NCBI GenBank assembly: GCA_963730185.1
Contig: CAVSQW010000007.1
Location: forward strand, 480,001-544,000
DNA: 64,000 nucleotides
Origin: an uncultured Gemmatimonadales bacterium
GTDB taxonomy: Bacteria > Gemmatimonadota > Gemmatimonadetes > Gemmatimonadales > GWC2-71-9
Direction: 5' to 3'
Both the position numbers and the translations under genes were made by a program. Below, piece by piece: positions 53,428-63,111 of this stretch. The notes under the pieces were generated by a model. That model ran no database searches. It was given only the letters and a program-made list of their open reading frames with translations, and was not told where the DNA came from. The first letter of the stretch is position 1. Each line of letters opens with the position of its first letter.

Positions 53428-53909
53428 GCGTTACCGGGTTCGGCATCCGCACCGTCGTCGGTCCGGAAGACATCGACGACCTCGGTCACGCCAACAACGT
53501 GAGCTACCTCCGGTGGGTGCTGGCGGCGGCGACGGCCCACTGGACTCACCTTCGGGCCGAGGCGCCGCCCGAGGCCACCCACGGGCTGGCCTGGGTGGTG
53601 ATGCGGCACCAGGTGGAGTACGTGGCCCCGGCCTTTCCGGGCGACGAGCTCGAGGTCGTCACCTGGGTCCCCACCTGCACCACCATGACGTGCGAGCGGT
53701 TCGCCGAGATCTCGCGGGCCGGGACGGTGCTGGCCCGCTCGGCGTCGGTCTACTGCGCCATCGATGCCGCGAGTGGGCGGCCTCGGCGGATCACGGAGAC
53801 GATCCGGGCGGCAATCGGCGGGCCGCCCGTCGTGCCCCGGATCAAGCTGGAGTCCGCCGTCCCGCCTCGTCCCGACCGGATCGTCCGGAGCGCCGATGGC
53901 TCGCGGTGA
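53424..53909 (+). CDS. Acyl-CoA thioesterase (hotdog fold)
   Basis: DIDDLGHANNVSYLRW. Confidence 0.85.
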   Translation: MSVTGFGIRTVVGPEDIDDLGHANNVSYLRWVLAAATAHWTHLRAEAPPEATHGLAWVVMRHQVEYVAPAFPGDELEVVTWVPTCTTMTCERFAEISRAGTVLARSASVYCAIDAASGRPRRITETIRAAIGGPPVVPRIKLESAVPPRPDRIVRSADGSR

Positions 53910-54363
53910 CCGGCTCGGCCGCCTTCCGTGGCTCCTGCCGGCCACCTACCTCGTTCACCTGGCCGAGGAGTACTACCTGGGCTTTCCGGCCTGGCTCGAC
54001 GACGTGGCCGGGGCGCGGCTCACTCCCGAGCGGTTCCTCGAGCTCAACACCTTCTTCTTCGGCGTGATGGTGCTGGCCGTGCTGGTGGCGACGGCAATCC
54101 GGCCGGCGCGGGTGATCCTGGTGCCGCTCGCGACGGTGGTCGTCGTGAACGCGTTGCTTCACCTCGGCGGGACGATCGTGACCGGCCGCTACTCGCCGGG
54201 CGCGCTCACCGGCCTCTTGCTCTGGCTTCCGCTGGGTCTGACCCTCCTGACCCGGCTCCGACGCGAGGTGCCGCGGTTGGTGCTGGGGCTGGGCATGCTG
54301 GTCGGGGTGGCCCTCCATGCCCTCGTGACGCTCGCGGCGCTGGGTGCCGGGAGGGGGTCGTGA
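53896..54363 (+). CDS. HXXEE domain membrane protein
   Basis: HLAEE, NALLH, YSPG. Confidence 0.85.
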   Translation: MARGDRLGRLPWLLPATYLVHLAEEYYLGFPAWLDDVAGARLTPERFLELNTFFFGVMVLAVLVATAIRPARVILVPLATVVVVNALLHLGGTIVTGRYSPGALTGLLLWLPLGLTLLTRLRREVPRLVLGLGMLVGVALHALVTLAALGAGRGS

Positions 54364-54388
54364 TCGGTCGGTCGGCGCCGAGCCGCTG

Positions 54389-55513
54389 CTACTGTGCCGC
54401 CGCCAGGCCGGGGATGTAGATCTTGGCTACGCCCTCGATCAGGTCGTCGGGCCGGGCGCCCATCAGATTGGTGAGGACGATGACCGTCAGGTCGTCGTCG
54501 GGATAGACGTAGAACCCGGCCCGCTCGCCGCCCGAGCCGCCCACCGCTCGGTGCTTGACCCGATCGACGAGCGGCCAGCCGAGTCCGTAGCCCAGCGGCG
54601 TGCCCTCCAGGTGGAAGACCGTCCCGTCGGCCAGCTTGGTCGGCGTCCAGATCTCCTCCAGACTCGCCCGCGAGATCAGCTTCCCGTCGAGCAGCCCGAT
54701 CACCCAGGTCGCGAAGTCTTTGGCCGACAGGTTCAAGGCCGCGGCGGTGTAGAGAAACGGCTCGAACTCGTACCAGGTGTTCTCCACCTGGTCCAGGATC
54801 TTCACCTCACTGCCGGCCGTGTTGTACTTGGTGTACCCGCTGGCTCGGCCGGGCACGACCGTGCGGGCGTCGCCCCAGCGCGCCTTGGTGATGCCGAGCG
54901 GCGCGAGCTCCCGCTTCAGGCAGAACTCGGGCCAGGGAATCCCGCTCTTGGCCTCGATCAGCATGCCGAGCAGCATGTAGTTCGTCTGGTTGTAGCTCCA
55001 GGACGTCCCCCGAGCGAACATCATCGGCTTATCGGCCAGGAGGCGGAGCGCGTCGGGCACGGTGCGCGCCAGCATCGTGCCGGTCATCGGATTGTCGATG
55101 ATGTCGGGCAGGCCCGAGGTGTGGCTCAGGAGCTGGCGGATGGTCACGTCGTGCCACGCCGCGGGCAGGCCCTGGAGGTGCTCCCCGATCGGGTCGTCGA
55201 GCTGGAACTTGCCCTCCTCCGCGAGCATGAGCACGCCGACCGAGGTAAACGACTTGGTGGTGGAGTTGATCTGGAAGAGCTGGTCGTCCGTCACCGGAAC
55301 GCCAAGCTCGAGGTTGGCGGTTCCGTAGCTCGTCAGCTTGTCGATCTTGCCATGGCGGACGATGGCGACTTGCAGGCCGGGGATGTCCCGCTTGGTCATC
55401 TCCGCCTGGAGATAGCGATCCACGAGGTCGCCCGGAGTCTGGGCCGGGAGGACCGTGGGGAGGGTGAGCGAGAGGCCGAGGCCTAGGAGGGCCAACCGGG
55501 CGCGAGGTAGCAT
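54389..55513 (-). CDS. Serine hydrolase (beta-lactamase family), secreted
   Basis: Signal peptide; NSTTK, LLSHTSG, YNQTNY. Confidence 0.88.
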   Translation of the reverse strand: MLPRARLALLGLGLSLTLPTVLPAQTPGDLVDRYLQAEMTKRDIPGLQVAIVRHGKIDKLTSYGTANLELGVPVTDDQLFQINSTTKSFTSVGVLMLAEEGKFQLDDPIGEHLQGLPAAWHDVTIRQLLSHTSGLPDIIDNPMTGTMLARTVPDALRLLADKPMMFARGTSWSYNQTNYMLLGMLIEAKSGIPWPEFCLKRELAPLGITKARWGDARTVVPGRASGYTKYNTAGSEVKILDQVENTWYEFEPFLYTAAALNLSAKDFATWVIGLLDGKLISRASLEEIWTPTKLADGTVFHLEGTPLGYGLGWPLVDRVKHRAVGGSGGERAGFYVYPDDDLTVIVLTNLMGARPDDLIEGVAKIYIPGLAAAQ

Positions 55514-55812
55514 GGCATCCTCCCGGAGTGTCGGGATCGGAAATTGATCGGTTGCATAGGTCGGACCGTGGGCAGCATACGGCGGGCGAAGCCCCTCGGT
55601 TTCAAAGCCTGGACGCCGTCGGCACGGGTCGGACCAACCCGGCCTCGCGGCCGGCGAAGCAGACCCGCTCGAGCCACCCGCCGCCCGCGCCAGGTGACCC
55701 TCGGGTGACTTTACCGAGACCGGGGCTCCGTAGGACGGATCGCCGGGGCGCCAAGGCCTCCGGCGACCGCGCCAGAAGGCGCAGCCACCGATCTTCAAGG
55801 AGAGCAGTCGTC

Positions 55813-56523
55813 ATGTCTTCCCCGTTCGCCCAGTCCCGATCCAGCCGATCCGCCCGCCTCGCGGCCGCCTCGGCGTTCCTGGCCGCGGCGGCGTTGGTCG
55901 CCGCGCCCCTCGCGGCCCAGACGGCCTTGGGCACCCCCTTCATCGGGGCCAACAACCTGAGCTTCACCTCGTCGCAGCTGACCCGGACCGGCGGTCCGGA
56001 GATCACGACCCTGTTCGGCGCCGCCTACGCTCGCCGGTTTGGCGCGGCGAGCCGCGCGGTCCACACCAGCCTCGCGGTCCGGGCGGTCGCCCGGCCGTTC
56101 GACGAGGTCAAGTCCGGCGTGCTCGATCTATCCGCGACCCTCGGCGTGTCCTACGACGTGCCCGGGACCTCGGGTCTCTCGGTGGCGGCGTCGACCGGGA
56201 TCGGGATGATGGCCTGGGGCGACGATGTGGCCAACACGGGGCGCTCGTATCTGACCATTCCGGCCAACGCCGGGGTGAGCTACGACCTCCATCTCAAGCG
56301 GGCGACGTTCTCGCCTTTCGTCATGGCGTCGCTGGCGCGGTACGACCACCGGACCTATCTGAACGACGTCCGGCAGACCGGTACGACGGGCTGGGACACC
56401 AACTACCGGCTGGGCGCCTCGGTTCGCCTGAGCGAAGTGGTGCTGACCACGGCCCGGATCATCGGCGAAGAGGGGATGCCGTCGCGGAGCCGGTGGGCGT
56501 TCTCCGCCGGCGTCTCGTTCTGA
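55813..56523 (+). CDS. Probable outer-membrane beta-barrel protein
   Basis: Signal peptide, alternating beta-strands, C-terminal FSAGVSF. Confidence 0.6.
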   Translation: MSSPFAQSRSSRSARLAAASAFLAAAALVAAPLAAQTALGTPFIGANNLSFTSSQLTRTGGPEITTLFGAAYARRFGAASRAVHTSLAVRAVARPFDEVKSGVLDLSATLGVSYDVPGTSGLSVAASTGIGMMAWGDDVANTGRSYLTIPANAGVSYDLHLKRATFSPFVMASLARYDHRTYLNDVRQTGTTGWDTNYRLGASVRLSEVVLTTARIIGEEGMPSRSRWAFSAGVSF

Positions 56524-56747
56524 CGCCGCGGGCCGGTGCCCGCGGTGCCTCGCCTTCCCCTTCCGGCCCCTGATCGCGTCGTGCGGTCGGGGGCTGCCCA
56601 CCTCCCCGGCGCCGTTGCTTGCCGCCGCCACCGGCGGCGCCCTATTATCTGGCTCGCCTTGTGAGTCGTTCCTATCGAGGCCGTGCCGGACGCCCTTCGA
56701 TCCGGCACGGTGCAGGGGGAGCCCAGCCCCGTGTCAGCCTGCGTCAC

Positions 56748-58982
56748 GTGTTACGGATAACGGTCTTCGGCGGCCTTCGGGTCGAGCGTGGCGGCGAGCG
56801 GATCCTCGGCGCCGCGGCGCAGCCTCGCCGGATGGCGGTGCTGGCGATGGTGGCCCGGGCGGGTGGGCGGGGCGTCAGCCGGGACCGGCTCCAGGCCACC
56901 CTCTGGCCCGAGGCGGCGCCGGACCAGGGCCGCCACGCCCTCAAGCAGGCCATCTACGCCCTCCGCCGCGACGCCGGTGCCGCCGAGCTCTTCTCGGGGA
57001 CCCGCGAGCTGCACCTCAATCCGGACGAGGTCCGGTCCGACGTCGGCGAGTTCGAAGAGCAGCTCCGCCACGGCCGCGACGAGCGGGCGGCCGCCCTCTA
57101 CGCCGGGCCGTTTCTCGACGGGTTCCGGCTCTCGTCGGTGCCGGAGTTCGAGTACTGGATGGAGGAGGAGCGGTTGGTCCTCGAGCGGAGCTTCGCCGAC
57201 GCCCTCGAACGCCTCGGCCGGACCGCCCTCGAGCGGGGAGACGCGCCCGCGGGGGTTCGCTGGTACCGGCGCCTGGCCGGGCTCGATCCCGTCAATGCCT
57301 GGCACACCGTCGGGCTCATGCAAGCACTCCTGGCCGCCGGCGACCGGGCCGGCGCCCTCCAACAGGCCCGGATCTACGAGGGGGTGATCGCCCAGGAAGT
57401 CGATCTGCCCCCGGACGAGGCGGTGCTCGACCTGGCCAAGGCGATCCGCCAGGGGCGCGCCGTCGTCGGGCCCCCTCGGCCGGTCGTCGACCCGGCGCCC
57501 GCGGCCCCGGTGCCATCGACGGAGCCGGCCGGGCGCGACGACACCGGTGGGGGCTCCCCGACGGCTCCGCCCTCACCGCTGGCCGTGGCGGTGCTGCCCT
57601 TCACCTCGCTGGCCGCGCCCGACGACCGCGGGTACCTCTGCGACGGGCTCACCGAGGAGTTGATCTCCGCCCTCGGCCGCCGACCCGAGCTCCGGGTGCC
57701 GGGCCGGATTTCGGCCGTGCCCCTTCGGGACGGCGCCCCGGACCTGGCCGCCATCGGGGGCCGGTTCGGCGTCTCGGCGGTCGTGGAGGGGAGCGTCCGG
57801 AGCGCCGGGCCGGATGTCCGGGTTACAGCCAGGCTGCTCCGGGTCGCCGACGGGTTGATGCTCTGGACCGAGCGCTTCGACCGCCGGCTCGATCACGTGC
57901 TGGCCCTTCAGGACGAGGTGGCCGGCGCCGTGGCCGACGCGGTGGAGCGAGCCCTGCGCGATGCGGCCGGCCTTCCCTCGGCGCCGAGCGCCCGAGAACG
58001 GGCCAACGCGCTCTACCTCGAGGGGATCCGGGCCTGGACCCCGCAGGGCGGGGGACTCGGGCAGGGAATGGAGCACTTTCGCGAGGCGGTGGCCCTCGAT
58101 CCGGGGCACGCCCGCGCCCACGCGGCCCTGGCCGAGTCGTACACCCAGCTCGCGTTCTACGGGTTCCTCCCCGCCGGACGGGCCGCGACCCTGGCGGCGG
58201 CCGCTGCCGACCAGGCGCTCCGTCTCGCGCCCGACCTGGCCGAGTCCCATCTGGCCCGCGGGACCTGCCTCCTCTGGGTCGATCGCGACTTCGAAGCCGG
58301 CACCGAGGAGCTGGAGCGAGCCCTGGCCCTGGATCCCGCGCTGGTGCCGGCCCAGGCTCGGCTCGCGTTCGTTCGGCTCTGCCACGATGGGCCCGTGGAA
58401 GCCGAGCGGGGCATGGCCGAGCGGGCGGCGACGGCGGCCGGAGCCACGGGACTCTCCCGGGTGATGTTCGGCCAACAGCTCCTCGCGGCTCGCCGGTTCG
58501 ACGAGGCGATCGTCGCCCTGCACGCGGCGATCGACATCGAGGCGCCGTCGTTCCTGGCCTACCATTGGCTGACGGTGGCCTACGTGCAGCAGGGCCTCGG
58601 TGCCGAGGCAGTGGCGGCGGCGGTGGCGGAGGCCAGCCTCTCCGATCGCCATCCATGGGCACTGATGAGCCTGGTCGTCGCGTGCGCCACCGCGGGACAG
58701 ACCCGCCGGGCGGAGAGCTTGCTCGACGCGCTGACCGCGCGGGCGGCGGCCGGGCATGTCCAGGCCAGCGTGCTCGCCCAGGCCCACGCCGCCCTCGGCG
58801 ACATCGACACCGGAATGGCGTTCCTGGAACGGGCCGTGGAGGAGCACGACCCGTCGATGATGATGCTCCGCGCCTTTCCGATGTTCACGCCGTTCCACCA
58901 GCATCCGGGGTTCCGTTCTCTGCTGCATTTGGCGGGGTGGCGGGATTGGGACACGGCGGAGTTCCGGATTCCCACGCTCTGA
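56748..58982 (+). CDS. BTAD (SARP-like) regulator with TolB-N-like and TPR domains
   Basis: RITVFGGL, RDRLQATLWPE, LYAGPFLDG, AVLPF..DGLTEELI, TPRs. Confidence 0.85.
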   Translation: MLRITVFGGLRVERGGERILGAAAQPRRMAVLAMVARAGGRGVSRDRLQATLWPEAAPDQGRHALKQAIYALRRDAGAAELFSGTRELHLNPDEVRSDVGEFEEQLRHGRDERAAALYAGPFLDGFRLSSVPEFEYWMEEERLVLERSFADALERLGRTALERGDAPAGVRWYRRLAGLDPVNAWHTVGLMQALLAAGDRAGALQQARIYEGVIAQEVDLPPDEAVLDLAKAIRQGRAVVGPPRPVVDPAPAAPVPSTEPAGRDDTGGGSPTAPPSPLAVAVLPFTSLAAPDDRGYLCDGLTEELISALGRRPELRVPGRISAVPLRDGAPDLAAIGGRFGVSAVVEGSVRSAGPDVRVTARLLRVADGLMLWTERFDRRLDHVLALQDEVAGAVADAVERALRDAAGLPSAPSARERANALYLEGIRAWTPQGGGLGQGMEHFREAVALDPGHARAHAALAESYTQLAFYGFLPAGRAATLAAAAADQALRLAPDLAESHLARGTCLLWVDRDFEAGTEELERALALDPALVPAQARLAFVRLCHDGPVEAERGMAERAATAAGATGLSRVMFGQQLLAARRFDEAIVALHAAIDIEAPSFLAYHWLTVAYVQQGLGAEAVAAAVAEASLSDRHPWALMSLVVACATAGQTRRAESLLDALTARAAAGHVQASVLAQAHAALGDIDTGMAFLERAVEEHDPSMMMLRAFPMFTPFHQHPGFRSLLHLAGWRDWDTAEFRIPTL

Positions 58983-58997
58983 GGGCGCTCGCTGGTT

Positions 58998-59079
58998 GGA
59001 TAGTGAGCGGTGAGTTGTGAATGGTGAGTAGGGAGGGAGTGGGGAGTAGGGAGTAGGAGCAGGAGTAGGGGGTAGGGGG
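58998..59079. repeat. GGGAGTA/GTGAGTT-like heptamer repeat
   Basis: Purine-rich tandem heptamers between convergent genes. Confidence 0.7.
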
Positions 59080-60030
59080 CTAGTAGAGCTCGCCTAGCAG
59101 ACATCGGGCGGAGCCGCCGCCCAGGGTCTCGAAGGCGCCGAGGTCGGTGTGCAGGATCCGGGCGTGCCCCTCGATCGTGGCCCGCTGCTCGGCGGTCAGG
59201 CCTTGATAGGCGGCCGTCGACATCACCATCAGCGGCTCACCCTCGTCATTGACCAGGCCCAGGCAGTTGCCGCAGTAGCAGAGGACCTGCTGGCGGGTGA
59301 TCGTCATTACCTCGAGGCCGCTCGTCCGGAGATTCTCGGCCACGCTCTCCCGCTCAGCCTGGTCGTCGATCGATTCGAGGCACACCCCGGCCAGCCCGTG
59401 GCCGATGAACATCATGACGTTGGTGTGGTAGTAGGGAACGCTGGCCGCGTCGGTCGCCGTGAAGGTCACCAGCCGGTAGCCGAGCCGGTCAGCCCACTCC
59501 CGGGCCAGGGCCCGATCGGTGCGCGGAGACAGCGCCGCGTAGGCGATGCCCGCATCCCGATCCAGGCAGAGGCTTCCGGTGCTTTCCAGGAACGTGCCCG
59601 CGTCCTCTCGGACGGTGAAGTCGACCACCCGCGCGTGGCCGGTGCTCAGCAGGCTTACCAGGTCCGGCCTCCGCTCGAGCCGTCGGCTCTTCGCCAGGAG
59701 CGGATAGAGCACCAGGATCCCGCCGGTCTCACCCTCCGCCGATCCAGCCGTCCGCTCGTCCGCCCGTCCGGCATGGGTCGAGAACCAGTTGTTGCAGAAA
59801 GGCGCGTCCGGGGTCGCCGCCGTGCTCCGGGCCACCGTGATCGTCACGCCGTTCTCGATCAGGAGGTCGCGAAGGGTCCGGTGCTGGACTTCGGCGGCCT
59901 GGGTGAGGGCCCGAGCCTCGTCGGCGTCGGGCGCCCGCATGAATGCGTTCGAGTCCGCGGTCTCGGGGTTGTACCGGAGATCGACCGGAGCGACCAGCAG
60001 AACGTGCGATGCGGCGGCCCGGTCGCTCAC
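59080..60030 (-). CDS. Arginine deiminase-related amidinotransferase (CtlX-like)
   Basis: NPETADSNAF, PDAPFCNNWFSTH, LESTGS, YHTNVMM, GGGSARC; GTGA overlap with ggt. Confidence 0.85.
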   Translation of the reverse strand: MSDRAAASHVLLVAPVDLRYNPETADSNAFMRAPDADEARALTQAAEVQHRTLRDLLIENGVTITVARSTAATPDAPFCNNWFSTHAGRADERTAGSAEGETGGILVLYPLLAKSRRLERRPDLVSLLSTGHARVVDFTVREDAGTFLESTGSLCLDRDAGIAYAALSPRTDRALAREWADRLGYRLVTFTATDAASVPYYHTNVMMFIGHGLAGVCLESIDDQAERESVAENLRTSGLEVMTITRQQVLCYCGNCLGLVNDEGEPLMVMSTAAYQGLTAEQRATIEGHARILHTDLGAFETLGGGSARCLLGELY

Positions 60031-61739
60031 GGCGCCGAGGCCTTCGAGCCGGAGCTCCGTTCGTCGTTCGCTCCCCGCGCGATCCCGCTCGCCGGATCGA
60101 ACATGATCGAATGGCCGTCGCCCTGGCGCGCGAAGGTCCTGATCGTGTGGCCCATGGCGCGGAGCGCCGCGGCGGTCGAGTCGGGCAGCCCGTCCGCCTC
60201 GAAGAAGGTCACCTCGGGCAGCCACTGGTTGTGGAAGCGAGGCGCGTCGACGGCCTGGCGGACGTCCATCCCGAAGGCGGTGGCGTTGAGGACGATCTCG
60301 AGCACCGTGTTGATGATGGTCCGGCCGCCGGGTGAGCCGGTCACCAGGAAGAGCGTGCCGTTCCGGGTCACGATGGTCGGGCTCATCGAGCTCAGCATCC
60401 GCTTGCCCGGTGCGATCGTATTGGGCGCTGTGCCGACGTCGCCCTGGAGATTGGTGAGGCCGGGCTTGCCGTTGAAGTCCCCCATCTCGTTGTTGAGGAA
60501 GAACCCGGCGCCGTCGACCACGATACCCGAGCCGTACCACTGCTCCAGCGTGTAGGTGTTGGCCACCGCATTGCCGTCGCCGTCCACCACCGAGAAGTGG
60601 GTGGTCTGGCTGCTCTCGTGCTCGTCGATCGGGAGTCGTCCCTTGGCGAGCGCCACGCTGGAGCTGGCCCTGGCGGTATCGATCGTGCTCGCCATCTCGC
60701 GGGCGTGGCCCGGCGACGTGAGCGTGGCGATCGGGACCGGCCCGAAATCCGTATCGCCGAGGTATTGGGCTCGATCGAGGAACGCCCGCCGCATGGCTTC
60801 GATGATCAGGTGAAGCGTCTCGGGTGCATAGCGGGGCCGGTGACCGATGTCGAACCGTTCCAGGATGTGGAGCGCCTCGAGGATCGCGACGCCGCCCGAG
60901 CTGGGTGGTGGCATCCCGATCACCTCGTACCCGAGGAAGGCGCCCCGCACCGGGGGACGCTCGACCGCCCGGTAGTCGGCCAGATCCCGCTTGGTGATCA
61001 GCCCGCCGTGCGCCGCCATGTCGTCGGCGATCCGGTCGGCGATCCATCCCTGGTAGAATGCATCGGGACCCTGATCGGCGATAGCTTGCAGGGTCTTGGC
61101 CAGGACCGGAAGCCGGAGGGTATCGCCCGCCGACCACTCGGCTCCACCCGGCTTGCCATAGGCCGCCCCGGTGGCCGGGTAGCGCTGGCGGTAACGGCTC
61201 ACCGTGCCGTTCAAGTCGGTCGCCATGTCGGGAGTGAGGGCGAAGCCCTCGCGAGCCAGCCGCACCGCGGGCTCGACCAGCCGTTTCCAGGGGAGCTTGC
61301 CGTACTTCTGGTGCGCCAAGGCCAGGCCTCGGACCGTGCCCGGGACGCCGACGGCCAGGTAGCTGTCGTGCTTGAGCTTCCGATCGATGGTGCCGTCGGC
61401 GCCGACGTACATCGTCGGCGTGGCCTTCTGCGGGGCGCGCTCCCGGTAGTCGATAGTGGTCGCCCGGCCGTCGGCCAGGCGAATGACCATGAATCCACCC
61501 CCACCGATGTTGCCGGCGCCCGGGTAGGTCACCGCCATGGCGAACGCGGTCGCGACCGCGGCGTCGACGGCGTTGCCGCCGGCAGCGAGGATGGCCGCTC
61601 CCGCGTCGGCGGCGGGAGCGGAGGCGGACACGACCATCCCGTGGCGCGATTCGACCACTTGGGCGGCCGCACCCGGGGCGAACGGAGCTAGGGCGGCCAG
61701 ACTGAGGACCGCACGCCCCGCGAAGTTCATCTTGGGCAT
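60027..61739 (-). CDS. ggt: Gamma-glutamyltransferase
   Basis: GGNAVDAA, GNIGGGGF, QTTHFSVVD (Thr nucleophile), LNNEMGDF, SSMSPT, GSPGG. Confidence 0.95.
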   Translation of the reverse strand: MPKMNFAGRAVLSLAALAPFAPGAAAQVVESRHGMVVSASAPAADAGAAILAAGGNAVDAAVATAFAMAVTYPGAGNIGGGGFMVIRLADGRATTIDYRERAPQKATPTMYVGADGTIDRKLKHDSYLAVGVPGTVRGLALAHQKYGKLPWKRLVEPAVRLAREGFALTPDMATDLNGTVSRYRQRYPATGAAYGKPGGAEWSAGDTLRLPVLAKTLQAIADQGPDAFYQGWIADRIADDMAAHGGLITKRDLADYRAVERPPVRGAFLGYEVIGMPPPSSGGVAILEALHILERFDIGHRPRYAPETLHLIIEAMRRAFLDRAQYLGDTDFGPVPIATLTSPGHAREMASTIDTARASSSVALAKGRLPIDEHESSQTTHFSVVDGDGNAVANTYTLEQWYGSGIVVDGAGFFLNNEMGDFNGKPGLTNLQGDVGTAPNTIAPGKRMLSSMSPTIVTRNGTLFLVTGSPGGRTIINTVLEIVLNATAFGMDVRQAVDAPRFHNQWLPEVTFFEADGLPDSTAAALRAMGHTIRTFARQGDGHSIMFDPASGIARGANDERSSGSKASAP

Positions 61740-61764
61740 GCCGGAAGGTTAGAGGGTGGGAACG

Positions 61765-62040
61765 CTACGGTCCAGCCGGAGGCTCCCTGGGCGACAAGGG
61801 TGGGTCCCCGGTCGGCTCGTCGGCCGCCTCGTCCCGAACGGCCTCCCAGCGGACCCAGTGCTTGCAGTTCGATTCGCCCGGCTTGAGTCGGCCGCGCCAG
61901 TGGCCGGTCGGCGAGTTGCAGTGACCGATCGTCGCGTGGCGGGGGGTATAGACCCGCATGTCGTCGCGGTCCGGTGTGCGCTCGCCGGTCCAATGGTGGC
62001 AGGTGGCGCAGTAGATCGAGAATGCCTTGTAGTCGACCAT
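61765..62040 (-). CDS. Small Cys/Trp-rich hypothetical protein
   Basis: C-x2-C-x26-C-x17-C-x2-W. Confidence 0.55.
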   Translation of the reverse strand: MVDYKAFSIYCATCHHWTGERTPDRDDMRVYTPRHATIGHCNSPTGHWRGRLKPGESNCKHWVRWEAVRDEAADEPTGDPPLSPREPPAGP

Positions 62041-62266
62041 TTGGTTGGCTCAGGGAGCTCAGGGGGCACCATGGTATGTCCGGAACGTCAACCGATCCTC
62101 AAATGCCGTTCAAATCGGCTTCCGCGCCCGAGATCCCTCCGCGGACGCGGCCCGACCCGTGGCGTTGCCGCAACGCGCGACCCGGCCCGGTAACGGCTCT
62201 CTGTCGGGGCTGGCGCAACCGGCCGGGCGAGCTAGCTTAAGAAATACCTCAAGCGAGAAAAATCCG

Positions 62267-62947
62267 ATGATGCTCAAGGAACGTCGAGGGCGACCCCGAC
62301 GCCCTTTGGGGCCCCCGACAGCCAGGGTCACCGCCCGGTTGCGTCGTCTCGTGGACGATGTCCATGACGGCAGCCTGTTGGAGGCATCCGCGCACGCCGG
62401 AATTCCGTATTCCACCCTTCGAGAGATCCACTCCGGTCGAAGCTCGTCGCCGGAGTGCGCCACGCTGCAACGAATTGCGCGGGCCTACGGCCTGCCCATG
62501 GACTGGTTCTCGGCCCCTGACGACGGCACCGTCCCGCCGGCCGGATGGGTCGGATTCCTCCCGGGTGAGAGCGACGCCGACACCAGACCCGCGCGACGGG
62601 TGACGGTTCCGTTCGCCGCCTGGCCCTTGATCCGTGTTCTGGTGCAGCTCGAACAGCGGCTCCGCGATCTGCCGCCTCACCCCGAGCGGCCGATTCTGGG
62701 CACGGCGACCGATCCCCGGGAGTGCCGCCGCCGCCTGACGGCGTTCATCTTCCAGCCGCTCCTTGCCGCCCGCCGGGTCGGCACCGTCGAGGGTGATGGC
62801 CGGTTGCCGTCCTTGCTGGGGTCGCTCGCGCTCCGCGGTCCGAGCCGCGAGCGCTGGATCGACATGCTCCGCGATTTGGGACACTTCTGGGAGCGGGCGC
62901 TGGGCAGTTTGCTGCCGGAGCCGGCCCGACCCGGGGCTCACCACTAG
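62267..62947 (+). CDS. XRE-like HTH protein
   Basis: SLLEASAHAGIPYSTLREIHSG..P..TLQRIARAYG..DWF. Confidence 0.7.
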   Translation: MMLKERRGRPRRPLGPPTARVTARLRRLVDDVHDGSLLEASAHAGIPYSTLREIHSGRSSSPECATLQRIARAYGLPMDWFSAPDDGTVPPAGWVGFLPGESDADTRPARRVTVPFAAWPLIRVLVQLEQRLRDLPPHPERPILGTATDPRECRRRLTAFIFQPLLAARRVGTVEGDGRLPSLLGSLALRGPSRERWIDMLRDLGHFWERALGSLLPEPARPGAHH

Positions 62948-63111
62948 GTCGAGACCGGGCCGCCGAGCCGGCGGCCAACTGGCTCGCGACCACCTGGCGG
63001 CTAGATTCCGGCGCCAGGTTTTTGTTTCTCCAGCTCGATCCGCTTCGCTTCCTTCCGGTCCGCTCCTACCAGCGGGCCGCGCCTCGCCGAACATCTCACC
63101 GTCGAGCGGTC

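Noticed and set aside
55735..55800. Canonical glycine riboswitch
   Set aside because: Only partial motif similarity; no GGAGA/CTCTCAGG core and no glycine-related gene downstream
61765..62040. Cytochrome c (CATCH motif)
   Set aside because: No signal peptide, and two further Cys suggest a metal site
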